Shown here piece after piece: positions 1 to 10,600 of a stretch of DNA of 64,000 nt. A model generated the notes under the pieces. The model did no database searches and was not told where the DNA came from. It saw nothing but the letters and a program-made list of their open reading frames with translations. Source of the DNA: Podarcis cretensis (Eukaryota); assembly GCA_951804945.1 (NCBI GenBank), contig OX638161.1, positions 47,244,001-47,308,000 on the forward strand, in the 5' to 3' direction. The position numbers and the translations under genes are program-made. How positions within the stretch are numbered: the first letter of the stretch is position 1; each line of letters begins with the position of its first letter.

Positions 1-779
1 AACAGGGGGAGCCACCCGAGATGCATATCCCTGGGCGCTCCCCAAGGGGTTACCGCTCGGGGGCGCGCTTTAGGCCCTAGCCTCCGTAGGTTTCGGACGA
101 GGCGTCGCCCCTCGGAGTCCTTTAACGAACTACCCTTCAAGCATTGGGGGAGGTGATGGCGTTCCTCCCCCCCAACCTCATCTGCATGATAATACCCCGG
201 CCAATGCCTACCGCCAAAACCGAGGGAGTTGTGACGATTTGCTACGAGGTAGGCGAAAAAACCAAGTGGCTCACAAAACCAGCCAATTAGCCAAATGGAA
301 AAACTCCTACCAGGCCCCTTGCGGCGACCAGCCGAAGCCCATAGCAAGGTCAGTGGCAAAACGTAAAGGGCGGGTGGGTGGGAAACTGCGTCGTCTCCAG
401 GGAAGAAAGGGGGTGAGCCAGGGGCTGCCCTGACCTTAAGTGGCCCTAGGAAGGCCCGCCCCTGCCGCCAGCCAATTGGCTGGCGCCACAGGGTATGCTA
501 ATTGGGTGAATCCCTGTCTCCTGCGAGGCTGACGCCAGCCTCGCAGAGTGTGGGCGGGGTCGTGATCCCACAACCCCCCCTCCTCCTGAAGGTCGGAAGG
601 GGCATTGTGTGGCTATTCCCTCCCCCCCACAGGTGGAATAAATGAAGACAACGGACACAGAGTTTTAGGTTAATGGGCGAAAAATGGCCACAACTTTATT
701 GATTACAGGAAAGAAGGGTATTGGCTTTAGGCATTGGCCCTAACCGACTATCCGGTCTGACCGGGAAGGGTTAAACACC

Positions 780-995
780 AACAGGGGGAGCCACCCGAGA
801 TGCATATCCCTGGGCGCTCCCCAAGGGGTTACCGCTCGGGGGCGCGCTTTAGGCCCTAGCCTCCGTAGGTTTCGGACGAGGCGTCGCCCCTCGGAGTCCT
901 TTAACGAACTACCCTTCAAGCATTGGGGGAGGTGATGGCGTTCCTCCCCCCCAACCTCATCTGCATGATAATACCCCGGCCAATGCCTACCGCCA
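780..995. repeat. Direct repeat identical to 1-216 (Ngaro split direct repeat, B1/B2)
   Basis: Base-by-base match of 780-995 with 1-216. The minus-strand AATAAAGTTGTGGCC near 690 is part of the same terminal block. Confidence 0.85.
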
Positions 996-1027
996 CCGAG
1001 CCGCAAGCCCGCTCGCCGCCAATACCC

Positions 1028-1898
1028 TCAGACCTGTAACCAATCCCTAACGCCTTGAAAATTATCTGCCAACCAAATAGCATTGCCAGCATCAGATAGA
1101 TGCACGCCATCCCAGTGATAAAGCATTTCCTTGTCAAACCGTATGCACGCCATCCCAGTGATAAAGCATTTCCTTGTCAAACCGTATGCATGGGTGCTGA
1201 ATGACCCGACCGCCCCATGCGGCCACTCTACGAGCCACCGTGCGCTCCACAATCCTCCTAGCTTTGTTCACAGCCACGGGTTTTTCTGCATCCCTTTCCA
1301 ACATCGCCTTTCCAGCAAAGATGACCAGATTATTGTAATGTTTTCATGGGATGCCCTCAACAATTCCAAGTCATTGATAATGTTCCATATCAAGTCCACC
1401 CCTTTCCTATACGCCAAGTCGTTCTCACTCAGCTGGATGACCATGGCACTGGGTGGGCCCTCAACGCCACTCCCACCCAGGGCTGCCACTCTACGCACCA
1501 CCGCCCAAAGCCAGGCTTTCCTAGCCCTGTTTATGGCTATCGGGCACCTGCAATCTCTCCAAACCCGCCTCTCCATCCACGAGGCCCCAAATAAACTAGT
1601 AGTGACGTTTGGGTAAGAGGCCTTAAGTTCCTCCAAGTCACTAAAGATATGCCACATCAAGTCGACTGCCTTTCTGTAAGCTAACACTTTTCGCCTAATT
1701 GGATATCTAAAGCATCTGGGGGCCCCTCCGCCGCCTCTCTGGCCCTAATAGCGGGGAACATTTTTTGGCCCAGCGCATTCTCCTTCGAGAGATCCAAGAT
1801 ATATTTATGTAGCTAAGGTGCGGCCCGAGACCGGAATTGATGGCGCGGACCCTGGCCCAATGCACCATGCTGTGCCCGATTATCCAGATGCGCGCCCT
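1028..1898 (-). pseudogene. SGNH/GDSL-type hydrolase ORF of the Ngaro element, frameshifted and internally duplicated
   Basis: Block I GHS (RIWIIGHSMVHWAR), block III-like QLGE/QLSENDL present twice, and block V DGVHLS. A 43-bp tandem duplication at 1100-1185 breaks the frame. Confidence 0.7.
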
Positions 1899-2054
1899 CG
1901 TAGCTCCTGCACCCTAGGTCCCCATTAGCGGCATGGTTTATATCCCAGTGGACGGTGCAGGGCCTATACTCCAAATATGCATCACAACGTCACCTGAAAG
2001 CAAAAGAAGGTAACAAAGCCAGGTCAGGTATACTGTGAACAATCACAAGGTCTT

Positions 2055-2899
2055 ATGAATATATCCTTTATATGCATCAGACTTCCCTTAATGCATCAGA
2101 CTTCCACTGCCCCCAAGTCCTTCATCCTTTCAGATGAAAGTCCCAAATGCACTGCTGTGGTGGCGGCCCCAATCCGAAAGGAGTTAACCGTGAATTTAGC
2201 TGAGGGTAAACCTCAGGCAGCAATCGCCCTTCGCATAACGTGCATGGACTGATGCCGTGCAAGGCCGGAGCCATCCCAATGTTCGAGGAATGGACCTGAG
2301 ACGGTTGGTCCCATGTACATGAATTGTTTAGTGTCCTTTACTGCTGATCGGTTTTGGAACATTGGACATGCAGGACTAAATTGGATCTGAACAAGGTCAG
2401 GTCTCTCAAACTACCTCGGGCAATGGAATCTGGTTGGCCCTTACAAACCACTTCGCCACTGCGCATAGCGCCAAAGGCAATGGAGTATGCAGCTGTAAAT
2501 AACTGGGCCTTGTCCTCGGACCAACAGATACTTCTTAATTTTCTTCCTTCTTGTTTTTTTTTATGGTTTATTATTATTATTATTATTATTATTTTACATT
2601 TATTTATTTATTTATGAATTAGCATAGAATGTCATAAGTTAAGGGCCTTCTACCATCACTTTTAGGAGGCTGCGGCCTGCGCCAGCCCCACAGTGCCCTT
2701 CACACTAAGAAGGCCACACCAGGGTCTCTGGATTAAACAACCTTACAGAAAAAAGAGATTGCCGCCTACTGGATGTTTAAGAGTCTTTGCTGCACGACCC
2801 AGCACTCTCCAATGTACCAAGTATTGCAGAGCTTCAGCCTTGGTAGGAGGCGTGTGAAGCTTAGGATTTTTTAATTTACCTTGAGGTGTGTCAAGCGTA

Positions 2900-2930
<31 letters not shown>

Positions 2931-3075
2931 TACTATTATTATTATTGTCATTATTATTATTATCATTATCATATTTTATTATTATTATTTTATAAGTTTG
3001 CCTTGAAACTCCATAAAGTCCACCCAAGCCCTTTTAAAAGATCTAAGCGTGGGCTTGGCTCCTGAAGCTAATACT
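2055..3075 (-). pseudogene. Tyrosine recombinase of the Ngaro/DIRS element, disrupted
   Basis: Segments RSFKRAWVDFMEF, EALQYLVHWRVLGRAAKTL, and SFRIGAAT...LGQWKSDA. Contains stop codons and is interrupted by (TTA)n microsatellites. Confidence 0.75.
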
Positions 3076-3502
3076 CCCTTCAGGACATCATGTTCCCAAG
3101 GCTCCAAAGGTGCTCCCGGAATGGCTGTGGCAATTCGCTGCACCTGTGCATCCGTGATGCCCTTGTTAACCCCAGGGGTAAATTTGTTAGAGAAGTAGAT
3201 GTTTATTTCTAAGCACTAAAGGTCAAAGGTCCGGGACAGGTTTGCCACTCTAGGAGTGCGATAATTGTTTAGACGGGACACTTCCCGAACTGATTCTTTG
3301 GTTTGGGGGGGGGGTTCCCCGAGTTAGGGGGTAATGAAATGAGGATCCTGAGGCCATAAGAGAAACTCTTTGCTGCCTCTATTTTAGGGTATCTATCGAG
3401 AAGGGTTCTAAGAGGTGAGGGCTCAACAGAAGAGAACATGCCAGTCAAGGGCCAAATTAATACCAGTTTCTGGCTGTTCTTTTTGGCGGGTCTGTGAGCT
3501 TT

Positions 3503-4140
3503 TCAAGACCCCTGATGGAAATGCCCCCTGCTGCCCGGAAAAGGCTGTTTACCTTTAAAACACGAAGACGCTGGGTGGTTACCTAGGCACTTCTCACATT
3601 CATGCACATACTTACAATTTGGCCCTTGGCACACACCCGTGTTGTACTCCCAGCAAACCTCATGGTGAGGGACTCGCTTGGCTTCAAATTTTCTGACTTT
3701 CCTTTTCCCACATAGGGACCCATATGCTCCATCCAGTAATTCTGGTCGCTCGGAACACAGCAGGTGGTGGGCAGCAGGAAGCTTTTCTGAATCGTCCTCG
3801 GCATCAGAAGGCTTACTTCTTTTGCTCTTCTTGGCCGAATGCTTCTTCTTACTTAGACTTCTTTCTCCCTTCCACAGCATTCCCTGTGGAATACTGGGAA
3901 AGTCTGGGGTATACTGAGAGGCAGAAAGGTTATAATTGTAAGCATGAGCCCTACCTCCCGAGGATCTGTCATTGGAAACCCAGGGACACGTAGACTGTAA
4001 TTATGTGTGAGGATGCATAAATGGATTGCTACCCGAATGTGGAACCCTAAATAAGGAGGCCAAAGTGCAAAGGAGCTCCTCACTATTTCGGAAGAGGCCG
4101 TAGTGACCATGGGCCTGAATTGTTGGTAAAAGGTTTCCAA
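3503..4140 (-). pseudogene. gag-like ORF fragments of the Ngaro/DIRS element
   Basis: C-terminal Cys/His knuckle (C-x5-C-x4-C-x3-H-x-C-x2-C-x3-H) in ORF 3503..3880. The upstream part is frameshifted. Confidence 0.6.
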
Positions 4141-7100
4141 AGCAGAGGAAACACTGACTAGGCCTGTGGGTTGCAGGGCACAGGAGGCTACCCTAACCCA
4201 TCTTGGACACAGGACTCACTGTTGAATCATTGGCTGCTCTCAGCACTGCTGCGGTGGCCGCGGAGGTACCAGGGCGGTCCACAACGTAGGTGGCGTATCC
4301 GGGATGCATTCTTGGGTGAGCGCAAGAGGTGCCGCTGCCACCTGGCCTGCGGGCCTATATTGCCTATAAAATGTCTAAGAGCATTGAAAAACTGTGCCAA
4401 AGTATGTGGGTTACTAGGCACTACTAAGGCCTGAGGCCCCTCTTGGTTCCCTTATGCCCCCCCCCCCGATACAGTAGGCATTACAAAGCCTGGGACCCCT
4501 CCTGGTTCCCTTGTGCCACCCCAGATATAGCGGCATTTTGAGCAGACATAGTTTGATACCCTTAATTAGCCTGGTTCAGTAAAATCAACGCCAACTAGCT
4601 TGGATTATATGGGTGAGGTGCGAGCAATATCACAGTAGTTCAGTATTGTCTGCACTGGTGAGTTTAAAGGAATCAAAGATGCCTAACTAATCTCCAACAA
4701 ATTGTATTTAGCTGCAAACAATATCACCGTAGCTCATTATTATCTGCACTGGATAGCAAACCAACATACCAGCCCACACCTCAAGCAATGTATTTAGAGG
4801 AATACTGAGTCTATAATAAACAGAAGAGCACCTTTGATAATGTCAGCAGCTATGCAGCAAGCTAGAGGTAGAATTATACATTGTAACCCAGCAATACAGC
4901 AGTGAAAGATGATAAGTTGACTTATGCAACAAACCTATAAGCAAAGCAAAGCTCCCAAAAGCCCTTAAGCACTATTATCAAAATCAACCAAATGATTTAA
5001 AATTGCCAGATTAAATATATACTTATAAACTAACTGATGAAATACCAGAAAGAGATGAACGTAAAAGAGGCATGAGCTATTTGCTTTAGATTCCCTATAA
5101 CCTGTATGCAAAGCTCGCAAGAGATTGCAGGCGAAGAAACCCTTTAATAAATCAAATGATGTAAAACCTGGATCTCTTTTCCTTATAACTATGAATTGAC
5201 TATACCAAATTATAAAATTAAAGCCTAGGCAGAGAGTAAATGACACAGCTCCACAGAGCACCGCAAGCTGAATGAAATAATTTGAATTCCAATACACTAT
5301 GCACTAATGCTTCAATTTGATTTAAATGTGTTTCCTAAATTCCCAGAATGAAATTCTCGAGAGTGTAAGTATAAACAAAAGCAGTCAAATTAATTAGAGG
5401 ATATTAATTCTAAGATTAGCCTAGCCAGAGACGCTGTAGCCAGCTCTATGCAAGCTTATGCACCAAGAGGAGGGGCTCCCTGCAGCCCCTTGCATGCTCA
5501 TATTTAAGCTAGGCTCTATTAATAGTTGCGCTATCATCCTTTGTTTATATAGCTTGTGTTTATTTCCTTTGTTTATATTGTTTATATTGCTTTTGAATTT
5601 AAAACCAAATAGAAAGTGAGGGGCACTCAAAAAGTAGATCCCACGTGGTTTTGCCTCTCCTAAAATGGCCACCGCCGCAAGGCCACGTGGGCAATCAAAA
5701 TGGCGGCCGTAATGCGTTCCCACTGCCTAGCGGCAAGGAACATGTGCGGAAACACTTAACGCTAGCCCTTTAACACTGAAAAATTCCACAACCGCAAGAG
5801 CAAAACCTGCAGGCATTCCCCACGTACCCCTTATGAACATTAATTATTTCCCTGGTTTTTTCGCCGCTGCATTTCAATTTCCCTGTTAGGGTACATTACC
5901 AAATGCTTTGTTCAGCTGTCTGACAGGTTTTATGAAGAAATAATAGTATTTAATGGATACTGAAATAGCTGATTTTTTCTATGTCACACACATATTTTTG
6001 ATTGTCATATAATGGATGCCCGTTTCTACTCAGGCCTTCATTGGACATTGGTAACTGTGATGGCTTCCTTCATTACTGTATTTGAATTTCTCATTTTATC
6101 AGTTGAAAAAACAAACCTATTTGTGTTTTATTACATGTGCTGTGGTTTCTTTCTCTTTCTTTATTCTGGGAGTGAATATGAGTGGGGATTTTGACTCAGT
6201 CCAGCAGTGTTCCTTTTCCCCTGCCATGCTCATCAACCTCTGTATGGCAGCTTTGGGAGTGCTGATCTTGGAGTGAAGTCTCATCAATATCCTGATGGAG
6301 CTAAGACTTCTCCCTGACCTAATAATTAGCTGCTTGATTGGTGTCTGGAGTCATGCATGGGCAAATTAGGGTCTGAGAATAAAGCTAAACATAGAGGTGT
6401 GTGGAGTATGGCTATTGGATCTGGGAAGCAGGGAGGTGACCTCTTCTACATGGGTTGTCCTACCCTTGACAGTACAGGTGCATCATCTGGTGCAGATATT
6501 CTGTCCTGTGATTTGAAACCTCTTGCCATATTTGGAGGCTACCTTTTTCTATGAAACTCATCCCGTACCCACTTACTTGGAGGTAATCAATAAACACAAG
6601 GAGACATGCTTCTTAGTAGACATGTATACCATTGTACTGGAAGTTAACAGGCCCTGGTCATAAGCTGCTGCACAGCAGGAGACCTGTCTAAATCACACAA
6701 CATTCACATTTTGTTGAGTTGGTTACCTTAACATGCTGATTGTTTAGCAGTACTGGCAAGAATTTTTTTCTACAGGGTTGTACTTGAATGAACCAACCTT
6801 AGAAAATGCATCTTGGTTACCAGGGGAGAATGAAGGGCAAATTATGGAAATTCCAAGAATTCCTTGAGAACAAAATGGACTCAAAGGAAGTCCACTGAAA
6901 AGTAGTGGGGAAGCAAAAACTCTAAAGGATTTCACAGATTCCCTCTGGTGCTGAAACAACTCATGTATCATTCACAGCTCTGACTTCATTTGTTGGCTGA
7001 AAACACTGACAGAAGCAACCAAGGAATCTCCTATTTTTTAAAAAAAAAAAATACAGGGAAGTGTAACTGAACATGCCATCTCTCTCTTTCTGGGACATAT

Positions 7101-7275
7101 TGCGGATTACTTTTTTTAAAATTAAAGTTCAGAATCTGGGGTCCTGGTCTGGGCTTCACTCAACATAAAACTGTTGCACTCAAATTCTCCAGTCGCATTC
7201 CTGAAGGGACCAGGTCCAATTATGATTTTAGAAAGTTTTCGTGCAAACGTGCCACTCAAAGTCCAGGATTTAATA

Positions 7276-7408
7276 AAGTAATTATCTCCCTCTGCAATTA
7301 TCCAGATCACAATCATTTGTTCAGCTAGACAGAGCTCTCAAGAGTTTCCTAAGAACATCAGAAAACACTCAACAACCCAGCATAGTAAGAGTATTAAATA
7401 TGCTCCTG
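7276..7408 (+). promoter_or_regulatory. Candidate V2R core promoter block (copies at 19297-19429, 31058-31192, 46373-46506, 58769-58901)
   Basis: About 130 bp of non-coding sequence, well conserved about 220-380 bp upstream of all five start codons. It contains TAATT, CTCTCAAGAG/TTCCTAAGRA and a TATA-like ATTAAATA. Function is inferred. Confidence 0.5.
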
Positions 7409-7626
7409 GGCCAGTGACATTTAGGAGTGCTGGGCACAGAGAGAGGGGGTGGTCATTATAATCCACAATATGATGATGGAGTTTTAATCATTTAAGCTCA
7501 TATTCACAGCATTTGTACACCTGCTGATGCTAAAGAGAAGGCTAAGTGTAACCTTGAAGACAGCTCTATTGAGACATGGAAGACAGGGTAAACTCTGCAT
7601 CTTCCAAACGAGAGTTTGAAGCTATC

Positions 7627-10600
7627 ATGGTGAGGCTCTTGATACTGCTGCTGCCTCACACAATGTGTGAAGTCAAGAGAATGAAGTGCCCTGCAGCTGA
7701 TCCAATCCTTGTGCCCCATGAATGGGGCCAAGAAGGGGACCTCTTCATTGGTGGGATTGTTACTCAGAGCACCTACGTTTTTAATGAAGTTTCATTCAAG
7801 GTACATCCTTCTCTGGAGCTGTTTGACATTCCACAGTAAGCAAGAATATTCCCTCCACCTCTATTTATTCTACGCATCACTGAATCAGCAAAGAACAATA
7901 ACAAATAGCTTTGCATGTGAGATTATATGTTCAAAGATAGTATATTTTGAAATATTTATTTATTTAAACAGAAACCCAATAACACCCCCCCAAAAAAGAA
8001 CCACATTTTAAAAGGGCATAGGATGTCAATCAAATAAAGCAAAGGGCATGTTAAAAATGAACGTTTTTGCCTGGTGCCTAAAAGTGTAAAAAGGAGACGT
8101 CAGGTGAACTTCCCTATGGAGAGAATTCCACAGACACAGAGCTACTGCAGAAATGGCCCGTTCTTGTGTTGCCACTCTCTGGACCTCTTGAGGAAGAGGC
8201 ACACGTAGAAGGGCCTCAGAAGACAATCTCAGGGTTTGGGTAGGTTCTTATGGAAAGAGGTGGTCCTTGAGGTATTGCAGTTTTTATGGGCTTTATAGGT
8301 CAAAATCAGCACTTTGAATTGGGCCCCCAAACTAATAGGTAGCCAGTTCAGTCGAACCCAGATTAGTGTAATAAACTCAAACCATCTTGTCTCGTGAGCA
8401 ACCCCCAACCTCATTGGTAGCCAGTGCAGTCAAACCCAGATTAGTTTAATAAGCTCAAACCATCTTGCTCTCATGAGCAACCCGGCTGCTGAATTCCAAA
8501 CCAGCTGAAGTTTCCAAACCGTCTTCAGAGGAAGCCCTGCATATAACACATTGTGGTAATCTAACTTTGAGGTTACCAGAGCATAGACAGCAGTACTTAG
8601 GCTATCCCTGTCCAGATACTGTAGGAGTGTAGCTGGGCCACCAGACAAAGCTGATGGTAGGCACTCAGGGCCACTGAGGCCGCCTGAGCCTTGAGTGACA
8701 GCAAAGGATCCAGGAGTCCCCTGAAGCTACGAACCTGCTCCTTCAGAGGAAGTGTAACACCATCAAGAGCAAGTGCTCTCCAACCCATCTGGTCTAGGGA
8801 ACCACCCACTAACAGTGCCTCTGCCTTATCTGGATAGAGCTTCAGTTTGTTGACTCTTATTCAGTCCATTACTGAGGCAAGACACTGGTCCAGAACATCC
8901 AGTGCCTCTCCTGCAGATGTAAAGGAGGAATACAGCTGAGTGTCGATAGCATACTGCTGACAATGTATTTCAACGCTCCGGATAATCCCACCCAATGATT
9001 TCACGTAGACCTTGAACAACGTAGGGGATAGGCTTGTGCCCTCAAAAACCCCACATTGAAGGTTCCACAGGGCTGAAAAGCATTCTCCAACTAACACGGT
9101 CTGGAATCGACCATCCAAGTAGGAAAGGAACCACCACAAAGTGCAGCCCCTACCCCTAGTTCAGACAGTCACCCCAGAAGGATAATAGGGTCAATGGTAT
9201 TGAAAGCTGCTGAGAGGTCAAGAAGAATTAACAGGGACATGTTTCCCTTGCCTCTTTCTCAACAGAGGTCATCATACAAGGCGACCAAAGCAGTTTCTGT
9301 GCCAAAACCATATGGATCCAGAAAATCTTTTTCTTCCCAAAGCAACTGGATCTGGTCTCCGACCATTTGTTTCAGAACCTTGCTCAGGAAAGGGATATTA
9401 GCAATTGGCTGGTAATTAGTTGGGTTTTCTGAATCCAGGAAAGTTTTCTGAAGGAGTAGCTTTGCCACTGCCTCCTTCAAACAGGCAGGGACCACCCTCT
9501 CTCATATAGAGGCACTGATCACCTCCCTGGCCCAACCAACTGCTCCCTCCCTGCTGGTATTTACCAGCCAAGAGGGGCAAGGGTTTAGAGTGCTAGTGGT
9601 CGCCCTGACTGATCTGATCACCTTGTTCACATCCTCAAGCCTTACCAACTGAAACTCATCCAAGACAACAGGACTAGAAGGAGAAGCAGCATGCTTGGTG
9701 AGGCAGAGCAAGAAAAATATTCTGCTGACAGTAGGTTCTTCCCTCCCTGCTTACTGAGATTGAGAGCAAGAAAATGGTGGAGAGGCAGGCATCTGTGCCA
9801 GACTGGTACCTCCGTAAGAAACAGTTAGCCCTCAAATCCCTTGTAAATCAAATAGAAGAAAATTATAAAATGTATATGTATATGTACATATATATTCAAA
9901 CTGATTTGAAACCCGAATGAACAGAGAGCTAAATAAAACCAACATATTGACCTAAGCATAGGGGACTCCTGCCACACCTTAAAGACATAACAATACTTTA
10001 TTTAGAAGCTTGTGTGGACCCCCATGATGTTCAGGAGATGAGTCTTCCTCAGTAGCAGAATTTCAGGTTTACAGGAATACATATAGATATATAAATGCAT
10101 GGTGCAGAAGTTCCATCAGAGGGAAAGGAAATGCCAAAAACCGCAGACCATGAAAGTAAAATAATTAATGTAAGGACATCAAATTACTCATTAGACTGTG
10201 AAATAAGTTTATTCTGCTAAGATGCTTAGAGTTGGAAGTGATGAGGGGAAAAAGCCAGAATCCAAGAAAAGAGCAGGTGTGTCAAAGAAACACTGCAAAC
10301 TGCAAATAACACTGCTCTCCTCGACCATAAGAATGATTTGGGCTGAATATGTTTTCAGGAATAGGACATAACAGTCTCATGCATGAAAATATCTTCCCTA
10401 TTAACAGCGTAACCACGAAGTTCTATCAGAATATCTTGGCCTTGGTGTTTGCCATAAAAGAGATCAATGACAATCCGAAGATCTTGCCCAATGTCACCCT
10501 TGGTTTTCACATCTATGACAGCTATTTTGATGGGAGAATGACCTATCGAACCACTCTGGACCTTCTCTTCAAACGGCAAAGATTTGTTCCCAACTACAAA

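Larger units (their letters stand above)
1..5865 (-). mobile_element. Decayed Ngaro/DIRS-type tyrosine-recombinase retrotransposon (gag, RT/RNase H largely deleted, YR, SGNH hydrolase, split direct repeats)
   Basis: Minus strand: gag Cys/His knuckle CWEYNTGVCQGPNCKYVHECEKCLGNH (about 3570-3660); YR motif NSFRIGAATTAVHLG...DLGQWKSDA (about 2090-2190); SGNH motifs IWIIGHSMVHWA (about 1855-1890), QLSENDL and DGVHLSDAGN. Direct repeat 1-216 = 780-995. V2R 3'-flank sequence resumes at about 5868 (matches 29660 onward). The right boundary is approximate. Confidence 0.8.

Noticed and set aside
1100-1190. CRISPR-like repeat array
   Set aside because: Two adjacent copies with no spacers, in eukaryotic DNA.
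6012-6194. 60-aa hydrophobic ORF repeated at 29802-29984
   Set aside because: It lies in a recently duplicated 3' flank. The homologous sequence after genes A and C is not open, so there is no evidence of coding constraint.
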